A stretch of DNA of 64,000 nucleotides from Parcubacteria group bacterium (GCA_041660065.1 JBAZXC010000001.1:8535-72534), one strand, 5' to 3'; positions 1 through 8,774 are shown, counted from the first letter of the stretch. Numbers and translations are program-made. The notes: generated by a model from the sequence alone, not told the origin.

Positions 1-342
1 ATTACGTATTGGTCTTCTGCCTCGCGAGATCAAATCCTGTCAGGAGATACCGTGCATCTTTTGCCAGCCTTTGATGAGTTTGTGATCAGTTACCGAAATA
101 GGAAAATATTGCTGAAAGAACAAGAAAATAGCAAAGTGATCTCCAGTAATGGCATATTCAAACCGATCGTTGTGGCAAATGGACAAGTGATTGGTGTTTG
201 GTCTCGCTCTGTGAAGAGGGCAAAGATCATTGTAAGGATCGAATTGTTTCGACCCATGAGTCAAAAGATCAAAAATCTCATCGCGCAAGAAGTCGAGGCG
301 TATGGACGATATATGAACAAAATAGTGGAAATGGTGGTTTAA
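1..342 (+). CDS. C-terminal fragment of a winged-helix DNA glycosylase-like protein (YcaQ/AlkZ-type C-terminus); 5' end lies outside the window
   Basis: Frame is open from nt 1 with no stop; the listed ORF at 52 starts on GTG. The C-terminal HLLPAFDEFVISYRNR motif resembles YcaQ-family termini. Assignment is tentative. Confidence 0.35.
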   Translation: MTYWSSASRDQILSGDTVHLLPAFDEFVISYRNRKILLKEQENSKVISSNGIFKPIVVANGQVIGVWSRSVKRAKIIVRIELFRPMSQKIKNLIAQEVEAYGRYMNKIVEMVV

Positions 343-361
343 TCAATTAAGAGTTTTCATT

Positions 362-820
362 ATGTGTATTATGAAAGAATGCAATTATGAAAAAATGATT
401 ATTAAGACTTCCGATTTGGTGCACGAAAAATTCAAAGTGATCTATGCGAAGAAAAACAATGGAACACGGGTAAAGATCACTACAGATCAAGAATGGATCA
501 AATGTCATAAGACAAATCTAGCAGACCTCGCAAAACTTTGTTATGATGAATTGCCCGAAGACTGGAAAAAAGAGCGTTGGTGTGGAAGCAAGGCTGCACT
601 CGATGAGGTTTTAGCGGCAACGAGAGAAGGAAGGGCTTTTGATGAAGAGTTCATTGAAAGGGCAGCATTTGTAGTCCATGAGGATTGGTTGATTCGGAAC
701 ATAAACAGAGCCGAAAAAGAACACAGATTATCATATCAAGATCTTTCCGAGGATGTAAAAGAAAAAGATCGCATCTTTGTTCACGCAGCGATAGAAATTT
801 TACAGGAAAATTTAACATGA
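362..820 (+). CDS. hypothetical protein
   Basis: 152-aa ORF with no recognisable motif. Alternative starts at Met4 or Met12. Confidence 0.35.
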   Translation: MCIMKECNYEKMIIKTSDLVHEKFKVIYAKKNNGTRVKITTDQEWIKCHKTNLADLAKLCYDELPEDWKKERWCGSKAALDEVLAATREGRAFDEEFIERAAFVVHEDWLIRNINRAEKEHRLSYQDLSEDVKEKDRIFVHAAIEILQENLT

Positions 821-954
821 CTTTATTGACAAATACACAAAAAAATACTATATTGACTAGTTGTTGATAGATCGATTAGCAGCTACATCGTTGTTTAAAA
901 TAGTGTCTATAATAAATAGCCATCCGGTTTTCTATTTTATTGGGAGGAAATATC

Positions 955-1581
955 ATGCAAAGAGTTGAATTGATGGGGTTTTATGAAAATAGCGGTATTA
1001 TTAAAGATAGTATCGTGAGAACGATAAAGAAACATGGCATGTCGAATATTCTCATGTCGGCGTTTCCGAGTGCTGTTGTCAGTCATTTTTCCGATGATGG
1101 GAAGGAGAGTCTTATGCCGTATATCAAAATTGTTTCTGCGGAACTGTTACCGGCGCTTAGGATTCTCTCTGTGTTCAGGCGAGAAAATATTCATCAGAGC
1201 ATGTGTATTATTGCTGGTGATGTGTACGCGCATATTTTTGCAAATGATTTTGGTAAGAATTGTGTGTGTCTGAATGATAAAACACATTTTCTCTGGGATC
1301 CCTGTGCGGATTTTATGGAGCTCATGGTTAATATCAGTGTCTATCTGCAGGAACCGGCCTCCATAAATTTCATAGAAATATGGGATGGTCGCATGGTAAA
1401 GATTGAGCCAATATCTGAAAAAGGTGATCTGGATTCTCCTCAATTTGGCACATCAAAACAGAACTTAGAGAAGTGTGTGAGAAACCTTCTTAAGGAAAGC
1501 AAAGCATTTTGTTGTGAGACACAACAGAGAGTGCACCATGGCGATCTCATAGTTCTCCGCAAGGTCAGCATTTCTGAATAG
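955..1581 (+). CDS. hypothetical protein
   Basis: ORF 940..1581. ATG at 955 is preceded by GGAGG about 8 nt upstream. No recognisable domain. Confidence 0.45.
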   Translation: MQRVELMGFYENSGIIKDSIVRTIKKHGMSNILMSAFPSAVVSHFSDDGKESLMPYIKIVSAELLPALRILSVFRRENIHQSMCIIAGDVYAHIFANDFGKNCVCLNDKTHFLWDPCADFMELMVNISVYLQEPASINFIEIWDGRMVKIEPISEKGDLDSPQFGTSKQNLEKCVRNLLKESKAFCCETQQRVHHGDLIVLRKVSISE

Positions 1582-1602
1582 AGATCAAACATGAACAACG
1601 TA

Positions 1603-1645
1603 AGCCCGCTAGAAAAAGTATTTCTAGCGGGTTTTTAATTTTTTT
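1603..1645 (+). terminator. rho-independent terminator
   Basis: AGCCCGCTAGAAA/TTTCTAGCGGG stem followed by TTTTTAATTTTTTT, directly after the stop at 1581. Confidence 0.6.
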
Positions 1646-1760
1646 CGGATAATAAAGATGAATCGATGGTTGGTTCTATCGGAGGAAGTTCGGACTTTTT
1701 TATGTACTGAATAGTATTTTTTGAAAAATATTCTTATATTGACACTGCATGTCACATTTC

Positions 1761-1789
1761 TTGACAACAATATTGTTTCGTGGTATATT
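1761..1789 (+). promoter_or_regulatory. sigma70-like promoter (TTGACA-17-TATATT) upstream of the GGDEF gene; a second TTGACA at 1808 and a perfect palindrome TACTCCACGGTGGAGTA at 1825-1841 follow
   Basis: Read directly from the sequence. The palindrome lies between the promoter and the RBS and is a candidate operator. Confidence 0.4.
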
Positions 1790-1867
1790 TATACGATTTT
1801 TGGTTATTTGACAATATAAAAAACTACTCCACGGTGGAGTAAAATATCTGATGATAGGGGGTATGCT

Positions 1868-3415
1868 ATGGGCCTACGATCAAAAATTGCTGTGATGATC
1901 ATGGGGTTTCTTGTTGTGTTCATCGCTGCGAGCCATATGCTGCTCAACGCGATTTTCCAACCGGCGATCATTGTACATGAAAATGAGCATGTGGAGACAA
2001 ATGTGCGTCGTATCACGGAGGTGTTCCAAAATGAAATGAAACACCTTGATCAAATGTGTGCGGACTGGTCGTCGTGGGATGCTTCATATGCATTTATGGT
2101 CTCACGCGATCAAAAGTACATTGATGAGAACATTGATGATAGCACGTTCACGAATGCCAAGTTGAATCTTCTGCACTTTGTGGACATGGAGCATCAAACG
2201 ATATTTTCGCGTGTCTATGATTATGTGCAGAAAAGGGAGATCGATATTGATGAATTCTCACGTGACATGGTGAATGTGGATCGCTTTTTGATACCACGTA
2301 CGCATGATGATCGTGCGCTCGTTGATCAGTATGTGTCCGGCGTCGTTGCAACGAGTCGCGGCATGATGATCGTGTCGAGTCGTTTTATCCTGACAAGTCA
2401 AAATCAGGGACCGGCGCGTGGTGTGTTGATCATGGGGCGGTTCATTGAGCCAATGATCGATCGTATCAAAAAACAGATCGATATTGATTTTGATGTTATC
2501 GTTGATTATGATCGTTTCTACACACAAGAACAGTTGCGCGCACATCCGTACATGGTCAAAAAAGAGGGTGATGAGATGTTCTCAGTATATCAAGGTGTGC
2601 AGGATATACGTGGTGATATTGCATTTGTCGTGCATTTTTTCATACCACGTACATACTATACAGATTCAATGCGACTATTGAAATATGCCCATGTATCAAT
2701 CGCAGTATTTGCACTGGTGAACTTCTTTAGCGTGTTGTGCATATTGGAGATCTTGTGTTTTCGTCCTTTGTTGCGCCTCAAGAAGAGTATCGAGTATGCA
2801 CGCGAGAATCGTGAATTTACAACACACATCACGGTCAAGTCACAAGATGAAATCGGATCTCTTACGCGATCGTTCAGTGCCCTCTGTCAGGTCATCGCAC
2901 GGAACAATGCTGATCTGGAACGCCTTGCACAGACGGACATCTTGACTGGTGTGGCCAATCGTCGCTTTTTGGAAAAGTTTCTCTGTGCGGAGATCCAGAG
3001 ATCACAAAGAAGGAGTTTGATATTTTCGGTGTTGTTCTTTGACATTGATCATTTCAAGCAGATCAATGACGAGTATGGGCATCTGTGCGGGGATCATGTA
3101 TTACAAAAATTCGCGCAATTGCTCCAAGAAAATTCGCGCAAAGAAGATTTGGTAGTGCGATATGGTGGTGAAGAGTTCGTCATCGTCCTTCCTGATACTC
3201 ATAAGGATGATGCGCTGCAACATGCCGAGCGTCTGCGACAATTAATTGCAAACGCATCGATCGCATGGGGCGATCGAACGATCGTCATCACATCAAGTGT
3301 TGGGTGTGCAAGTTATCCACAAAATGGCGATACAGCTGAGCGAGTTGTATCAGCTGCGGACAATGCCCTTTATGCGGCAAAAGATCGTGGTCGCAATAGG
3401 GTTGTCGTTGCGTGA
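1868..3415 (+). CDS. sensor diguanylate cyclase: N-terminal TM, ~270-aa periplasmic sensor domain, second TM, HAMP-like linker, GGDEF domain
   Basis: GGEEF active-site motif (RYGGEEFVIVLPD). RKED (RxxD I-site) lies 5 aa upstream. Also FFDIDHFKQINDEYGH and DNALYAAKDRGRNRV. Two hydrophobic segments bracket the N-terminal domain. Confidence 0.85.
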   Translation: MGLRSKIAVMIMGFLVVFIAASHMLLNAIFQPAIIVHENEHVETNVRRITEVFQNEMKHLDQMCADWSSWDASYAFMVSRDQKYIDENIDDSTFTNAKLNLLHFVDMEHQTIFSRVYDYVQKREIDIDEFSRDMVNVDRFLIPRTHDDRALVDQYVSGVVATSRGMMIVSSRFILTSQNQGPARGVLIMGRFIEPMIDRIKKQIDIDFDVIVDYDRFYTQEQLRAHPYMVKKEGDEMFSVYQGVQDIRGDIAFVVHFFIPRTYYTDSMRLLKYAHVSIAVFALVNFFSVLCILEILCFRPLLRLKKSIEYARENREFTTHITVKSQDEIGSLTRSFSALCQVIARNNADLERLAQTDILTGVANRRFLEKFLCAEIQRSQRRSLIFSVLFFDIDHFKQINDEYGHLCGDHVLQKFAQLLQENSRKEDLVVRYGGEEFVIVLPDTHKDDALQHAERLRQLIANASIAWGDRTIVITSSVGCASYPQNGDTAERVVSAADNALYAAKDRGRNRVVVA

Positions 3416-3585
3416 GCAAGGCAAGAAGCCTCATATACATATACTATGTACATGAGGCTTTTGATTTGAAGAAGTATGTAAAATCTTTTGCTCATATACT
3501 CATGAAAAATGGGATTTTTGAATCGTGTTCAATTTTTGGAATTACTTGACATGCAAGTAAATTGCCACAAGACTGTGCTGAATTT

Positions 3586-3715
3586 TGTTGGCCCTATGTC
3601 TGCCTGCCGGTAGGCAGGGGACGACGTTCGAACTTTTAATGGAAAATACCCAATAATATGGGGTTTTTACAATATTGACAAATAATCAAATATATGATAT
3701 AATATTATTCATACT
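3586..3715 (+). repeat. copy 1 of a ~130-bp promoter cassette: GC-rich palindrome CTGCCTGCCGGTAGGCAGG plus consensus promoter TTGACA(3675-3680)-17-TATAAT(3698-3703)
   Basis: Near-identical to 4177-4300. The -35, 17-nt spacer and -10 elements are perfect consensus. Confidence 0.7.
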
Positions 3716-3756
3716 AATGAAGCACGTAAATGTTGTTTACAAACAAGGAGATTATC

Positions 3757-4119
3757 ATGAAAAAGGTAATGATTAGTTTTTTCGCAGGTTTTTTCGCAGG
3801 GATTATTATTCTTGTTGCTATCGCAAATATTTACACAGTGTCTAATGTTTCAGCAACCTCTCAAGTGGGTAAGTCTGCATTTGACATGGGAACCCCGTTG
3901 GCGAAGGAGAATGAGGATGGTGTTGTGATTGTGGCTCATTCAAATCCTGGGTATGGAGGAAAACAAGCTCAAGCTATCATCAATCGTCGGGAACTTCTTC
4001 ATAAAAATGTTGTAGAGATGATGGAGAAGGATGGTTGGAACTCAGTTATTGAAGAAGTAAATCCGTTTGACCATACCAATCCCCGAGTGGTTTTTGCCAC
4101 TGTAATAAAGATTGACTAG
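3757..4119 (+). CDS. small membrane-anchored hypothetical protein (N-terminal TM, ~95-aa soluble domain)
   Basis: ORF 3730..4119. ATG at 3757 has AGGAG upstream. N-terminal hydrophobic helix FFAGFFAGIIILVAIANI. Confidence 0.45.
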   Translation: MKKVMISFFAGFFAGIIILVAIANIYTVSNVSATSQVGKSAFDMGTPLAKENEDGVVIVAHSNPGYGGKQAQAIINRRELLHKNVVEMMEKDGWNSVIEEVNPFDHTNPRVVFATVIKID

Positions 4120-4176
4120 AAAAAAGAAGAGCAATCAACTCAAATGAGTTGGTTGCTTTTAAATTTGTCAAAAAAT

Positions 4177-4300
4177 TGTTGGCCCTATGCCTGCCTGCCG
4201 GTAGGCAGGGGAAGAAGTTCGAATACTTTTAATGAAAAATACCCAATAAATACGGGCATTTTAACTATTGACAAATAATCAAATATATGATACAATATTG
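4177..4300 (+). repeat. copy 2 of the promoter cassette: palindrome at 4189-4210 and TTGACA(4268-4273)-17-TACAAT(4291-4296)
   Basis: Aligns with 3586-3715 at high identity. Confidence 0.7.
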
Positions 4301-4377
4301 TCTAGTTATATGATTCAATGGGTGAATCATACTTCAACGCAACGCCACAATGTGGCACCGCAACGGAGGTTTTTACA

Positions 4378-4737
4378 ATGGAAAACATAGCGCAAATTGT
4401 TTCAGAGGGAAGTTATTATGAAGTTCATGTGCAATTATCTGATGAATTGATTGGTAATATTGATCAATTAAAGTCATTGCTAAATGAATTTTTAAGTGGA
4501 TCGTATATACATGCATGCATGTTCCGATACGGCACCATTATCAAATTTAAATCTTCTGGATTTGGTGGGTGGTCCGAACAAACTGCACAGGTAGTTCTGA
4601 AAAAAGCATCTGCTTGTTTGCCGGTATATGTGCATGATACAACACTTCAAAAAAGAAAGAGACAAGTACGCGATGCACTCAACAAATGTACTGATCTCGA
4701 CACCATTGAAAAAATTGGTAATATTTTGAAAGTTTGA
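4378..4737 (+). CDS. hypothetical protein
   Basis: ORF 4318..4737. ATG at 4378 is preceded by GGAGG. No recognisable domain. Confidence 0.45.
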   Translation: MENIAQIVSEGSYYEVHVQLSDELIGNIDQLKSLLNEFLSGSYIHACMFRYGTIIKFKSSGFGGWSEQTAQVVLKKASACLPVYVHDTTLQKRKRQVRDALNKCTDLDTIEKIGNILKV

Positions 4738-4807
4738 TAAGACCAGTGACAAACGACCCAATCACATAACTGTGAGGGGGTCGTTTAATTTTATGATAAA
4801 AATTTGT

Positions 4808-4878
4808 TGGGCCGGTAGGATTCGAACCTACGCATCACGGGACCAGAACCCGTTGCCTTACCGCTTGGCTACGGCCCA
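4808..4878 (-). tRNA. tRNA-Gln (anticodon CTG)
   Basis: Reverse complement folds as a cloverleaf: acceptor GGGCCGT/ACGGCCC, D-arm GCC-AAGCGGTAA-GGC, anticodon stem ACGGG/CCCGT with loop TTCTGGT, T-arm GTAGG-TTCGAAT-CCTAC, discriminator A. CCA is not encoded. A TTGTCA-16-TATAAT promoter lies at 4900-4927 on the minus strand. Confidence 0.85.
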
Positions 4879-5017
4879 AAGATATGAATTACTTTATGCA
4901 TTATACACTATTTTATACTTTTGACAATTATGTACTGGACATCAAGAAATCTGCCTCTGCTGTTGATTTTTATGCAAAAATGTGGTATAATTGGACTTAA
5001 TATATGATCACAATTTT

Positions 5018-5560
5018 ATGGATGATCACAAAGAAAAAGAGCAGGGAATCGATGAGTTGCAAGGCAAGGTTGCTTATCTACAGAGTTTGACAGAAAAAAT
5101 CATCGATTCAACGCGGACGATCGACAATCACGCCAATGTGATGGTGGGTCTCAATACGGCGATCTTTGCGCTTGTGATGTCGATGATTTCTGAAGCGGAT
5201 CATTTGAAATTAACGATGGGTATTGTGGCTCTCTTCTCCTTATTATCAGCGATTGCGGCAGTTTTTGCCATTCGCTTGCCACGTCTTTTTTCACGAAAGA
5301 ATTATCCGATGAGTCTTTTCCATACGCGGCGGATCGCGCAATTTGATTCTGCCGATCAATATGCGCAAGAACTTCGCACGATCATACAGTCAGATGGGAG
5401 TTTGTTTACAGAATATGCGCGTGAGGCATACAATTTGTCAAAATATTATTATACACCAAAGAGGCGTATGCTTACATGGTCTCGCTACTTCTTTCTTTTT
5501 GGCGTGATTACCAGCGCTCTCTTCCTTCTCTTGGAAAAGATCAGTTGGTTTACTGTATAA
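5018..5560 (+). CDS. small 3-TM membrane protein: short coiled N-terminus, TM hairpin, ~70-aa cytosolic segment, C-terminal TM. Architecture resembles DUF5706/SLATT-type small membrane effector domains (tentative).
   Basis: ORF 4991 starts on TTG overlapping the -10 box; first ATG is at 5018. Hydrophobic segments VMVGLNTAIFALVMSMI, IVALFSLLSAIAAVFAI and FFLFGVITSALFLLL. The neighbouring gene is an HD hydrolase, and DUF5706 is known as a C-terminal partner of HD domains. Confidence 0.45.
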   Translation: MDDHKEKEQGIDELQGKVAYLQSLTEKIIDSTRTIDNHANVMVGLNTAIFALVMSMISEADHLKLTMGIVALFSLLSAIAAVFAIRLPRLFSRKNYPMSLFHTRRIAQFDSADQYAQELRTIIQSDGSLFTEYAREAYNLSKYYYTPKRRMLTWSRYFFLFGVITSALFLLLEKISWFTV

Positions 5561-5636
5561 AATAAGTAGTGCGAAAAGCAGTAACTATTAACCTTTTTCC
5601 AATAAACAAAGATTGTGAACTTGTTGTTTCCTCGTC

Positions 5637-5715
5637 TTTGCGAGGAGCGAAGTGAAACGTAGCGACGAAGCAATCTCAGTCAGTGTTCAAGATTGCTTCG
5701 TCGTTCCTCCTCGCA
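5637..5715 (+). other. long imperfect hairpin (GCGAGGAG..CGACGAAGCAATCT / AGATTGCTTCGTCG..CTCCTCGC) between the TM gene and the HD gene
   Basis: The 14-nt arms are perfect reverse complements, and the flanking GAGGAG/CTCCTC extend the stem. No T-tract follows. Confidence 0.6.
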
Positions 5716-5745
5716 ATGACAAGAATATTTGTATTTTGCGCATCT

Positions 5746-5774
5746 TTGACAAGGTGCTTTTTTTGATCTACAAT
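5746..5774 (+). promoter_or_regulatory. sigma70-like promoter TTGACA-17-TACAAT upstream of the HD gene
   Basis: TTGACA at 5746-5751, TACAAT at 5769-5774. GGAGGTGA RBS precedes the ATG at 5838. Confidence 0.5.
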
Positions 5775-5837
5775 AGCGGACTGTTCGTTAAATGATTTTT
5801 TACCAATAAAACTCTTCATATAAGATGGAGGTGAGAT

Positions 5838-6515
5838 ATGCCATTGCACAAGATCGAGAAGATGCTCTCGTTTGCAGAAAATGAAAAGACGTTTTTTGAG
5901 CGCATTCGGAAATATCATTCGGTGTATTCTCCTGAATATCGTATGATCGAGCGCGCTTATGATAATGCTCTCAATGCTTTTTCGGAAACATATCGTGATG
6001 GAGGACAGCCTTACTTTACGCATGTGCGCGCAGTTGCAATTATTCTAATCGAGTATTTGCATATCTATGAACGCGCGGATCTGATATACGCTCCGCATGA
6101 ATTGCTTATCACGGGAATGTTGCATGACAATCCGGAGGATCGGCCTGATATTTGGCCACTTAGTCGTGTTGCGCGTGATTACAATGAAAATGTTGCACTA
6201 CTTTCGGATTATATCTCCAAAAGGCCGAAGGCAGAGTTTGGTGGCAATGAAGAAAAGCAACTGGCATTTTATCACAACCGATTCTCGACGGCGCCAAAGG
6301 ATGTTTTTATTATCAAGCTCTCAGACCGTCTTCATAATCAATTGACGTTGTGGAGCTGTGATGAGCAGAAGATCCGGCGGAAAATGCAGGAAACGCAAGA
6401 TATCTATCTGCCGTTGGCGCGTAAATGGGGGATATTGGTACATGAGTTGGAAGCGACGATTGATAGTTTTGAAGATCGTCTCAAACAGCATTTGCAAAAA
6501 TGTGCAATTCTATGA
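5838..6515 (+). CDS. HD-domain phosphohydrolase of the RelA/SpoT (HD_4) type, small-alarmone-hydrolase-like
   Basis: FTHVRAVAIIL (His), LITGMLHDNPED (HD), IIKLSDRLHNQLTL (DRLHN) in the order typical of the (p)ppGpp hydrolase fold. No synthetase domain. Confidence 0.7.
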   Translation: MPLHKIEKMLSFAENEKTFFERIRKYHSVYSPEYRMIERAYDNALNAFSETYRDGGQPYFTHVRAVAIILIEYLHIYERADLIYAPHELLITGMLHDNPEDRPDIWPLSRVARDYNENVALLSDYISKRPKAEFGGNEEKQLAFYHNRFSTAPKDVFIIKLSDRLHNQLTLWSCDEQKIRRKMQETQDIYLPLARKWGILVHELEATIDSFEDRLKQHLQKCAIL

Positions 6516-6573
6516 ATTATCACAGGCGATTGGAGAAATCCAGTCGCCTTTTTTAATGTAGTATAATGAATAT

Positions 6574-7251
6574 ATGGAAAGCAGTGAAGGATTTTATGTG
6601 ATCAATAAGCCACTCGGGATGAGTTCCCAGCGTGTGGTGCAGGTCGTCAAATATTGGGCGCGAAAAAAAACCGGTAACAAAAAGATCAAAGTGGGGCATG
6701 GTGGCACACTTGATCCGCTTGCAACGGGTGTTTTGATCGTGGCAGTGGGACGGGAATATACCAAAAATATCAATGCGATCGTTACCGCGACAAAGGAATA
6801 CGAAGCGAAGGTTTTTCTGGGAGCAACGAGCACAACAGATGATGCCGAAGGTGAAAAAACGATCCATGATGTTTTGCATGAGCTATCACAAAAGGATATC
6901 GAACGGGTGTTGCAAAAATTCATCGGGGACGTTGCACAGACACCGCCGGCATACAGCGCGATCAAGATCGCGGGCAAGGAAGCATATAAGCGCGTAAGGC
7001 GGGGCGAGGTTGTGGAAATGCAATCGCGCACCGTGCATATTGATGCGATCGAGATCATGTCATACACATACCCGATCGTGGACATTCGTGTGACATGTGG
7101 CAAGGGGACATATATCCGTTCGCTTGCGCGCGATATCGGTGAGTGTCTCGGTACGGGTGCATATATGGCGGGATTGGTGCGTACGCGCATTGGCGAGTTT
7201 ATGCTTGCTCAAGCGCGATCACTTGAAGACTTTGACTACAAAAAACTATGA
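6574..7251 (+). CDS. truB: tRNA pseudouridine(55) synthase
   Basis: GHGGTLDPLATGVL catalytic-Asp motif; length 225 aa. Confidence 0.9.
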   Translation: MESSEGFYVINKPLGMSSQRVVQVVKYWARKKTGNKKIKVGHGGTLDPLATGVLIVAVGREYTKNINAIVTATKEYEAKVFLGATSTTDDAEGEKTIHDVLHELSQKDIERVLQKFIGDVAQTPPAYSAIKIAGKEAYKRVRRGEVVEMQSRTVHIDAIEIMSYTYPIVDIRVTCGKGTYIRSLARDIGECLGTGAYMAGLVRTRIGEFMLAQARSLEDFDYKKL

Positions 7252-8366
7252 AAATTGCCGTACATACCAAAGAATTGGAAAACGCGCGGATCGATGGCAC
7301 GATGGTGTATATTGCAAATGTTTTGCATGCAATGCAACATATGATCGGCGAGGATGACCTGTATCTCTATCATACGCGGCCATACAATGTACACGTGCCC
7401 ATTGCGGAGCATCCGCAAATGCATGATCGCACTATGCCACACTGTCCGGTGTGGACGCAGACGCGATTTGCACGCGCGTTGTGGCAGGATAAGTGTGACG
7501 TGTTATGGATGCCATTGCACAACATGCCGTACTTGCGTCGCAAAAATATGCGTACCGTTGTGACGATCCATGATCTCGCATTCAAATTTTATCCGCAAAC
7601 ATTTCCTACGAAAGATCGTTTCCTCATCAATTTGTGCACAGATCATGCAGTGCGGGTCGCTGATGCGGTGATCGCTGTTTCGGCATCGACAAAAAAAGAC
7701 CTCCTCGCGATTTATCCGTCACTGCGAGAGGATCAAATCCATGTCATCCATCATGGTTTTGATCCGCATGTGTGGCAGAAACATGTTTCTGTACATGATG
7801 CACATATGACGTTGCAACGTTACGGTGTGCGATCACGTGACTATCTCATTCATGTGGGAGCGATTCAGCCACGCAAAAATCTGACGGTGCTTATTGATGC
7901 CTTTGCACAAGTTAAAAAAGAATCTCCGCAACTTAAGCTTGTGCTTGTTGGCGGGGATGGATGGCTTGCACAAGGCATTCACGCACACATTGCGCGCAGT
8001 CCCTATAAAGGGGATATCGTTGTCACAGGTAATATTGCTTTTGCCGATGTACACATATTGATGCAAAACGCATCTGTTTGTGTTTTGCCGTCTCTTTATG
8101 AAGGTTTTGGCATATCGGGACTGGAGGCGATGGCGGCCGGGGTACCGGTTGTCGCGGCGGACAATTCGTGTTTTGGTGAAGTGCTCGGTGATGGCGCGAT
8201 ATATTTTGATGCAAAAAACGTTGCAAAGTGTGCGGAGGCGATCGCAACGGTTTTGTGTGATCACGACAAAAAGAATATCTTGATCGCGCAAGCGCAAAAA
8301 AGAGCCGACATGTTTTCATGGGAAGAATGCGCGCGCAAAACATTGGATGTGTTGCGTGCAAGATAG
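7248..8366 (+). CDS. glycosyltransferase, GT4 family
   Basis: C-terminal EGFGISGLEAMAAGVPVVAADNSCFGEVLGDGAIYFD (Glycos_transf_1). Start overlaps the truB stop (ATGA). Confidence 0.8.
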   Translation: MKIAVHTKELENARIDGTMVYIANVLHAMQHMIGEDDLYLYHTRPYNVHVPIAEHPQMHDRTMPHCPVWTQTRFARALWQDKCDVLWMPLHNMPYLRRKNMRTVVTIHDLAFKFYPQTFPTKDRFLINLCTDHAVRVADAVIAVSASTKKDLLAIYPSLREDQIHVIHHGFDPHVWQKHVSVHDAHMTLQRYGVRSRDYLIHVGAIQPRKNLTVLIDAFAQVKKESPQLKLVLVGGDGWLAQGIHAHIARSPYKGDIVVTGNIAFADVHILMQNASVCVLPSLYEGFGISGLEAMAAGVPVVAADNSCFGEVLGDGAIYFDAKNVAKCAEAIATVLCDHDKKNILIAQAQKRADMFSWEECARKTLDVLRAR

Positions 8367-8378
8367 ATAGTGGTCATC

Positions 8379-8774
8379 TTATGAGCGATGAAGTTCATGC
8401 TTGTAAAGCATGGAGAGGGCAAAAAATAGTAGGGTCATGCAAATGATCATCATACTTCCAAAAAATATTCCGTAGCGGAAACACGCGAGGCCAACCAATG
8501 CAATGAAAAAAACATATGCGCCCAAGAGGGGAAGCATTTTTGTTTTTTGTATCATATAATAGCGACCTTGTGTGCGAGCCATGTATGCAACGATGATGCA
8601 AATGGCAAAGAGTTTTGCATAGAGAAGTACGGGTGAGATGTGATTGCTGATGATGCCTGGAAGAATCGTCTCGCCAATCAGTATAATGGCAATGACGAAA
8701 AGACCTGCCCGCATGATATCCATGAGAAACAAAAAAATGAGAGGATGGTGAAAAAATTTATGGATGCGCGTCAT
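8379..8774 (-). CDS. small polytopic membrane protein, hypothetical
   Basis: Four hydrophobic segments. Overlaps the upstream gene by 4 nt. Confidence 0.4.
   Translation of the reverse strand: MTRIHKFFHHPLIFLFLMDIMRAGLFVIAIILIGETILPGIISNHISPVLLYAKLFAICIIVAYMARTQGRYYMIQKTKMLPLLGAYVFFIALVGLACFRYGIFFGSMMIICMTLLFFALSMLYKHELHRS

Noticed and set aside
4808-6560. Integrated prophage or integrative element at the tRNA-Gln gene
   Set aside because: No integrase, recombinase or transposase ORF and no direct repeat of the tRNA 3' end were recognised nearby. Only small accessory-like genes are present.
6594-7190. Long antisense ORFs inside truB (6594..7190), inside the GT-C gene (10002..10487), inside gmd (41221..41880) and inside galE (44826..45314)
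   Set aside because: They are fully nested opposite strongly supported, motif-bearing genes and have low-complexity, atypical composition. They are treated as shadow ORFs.
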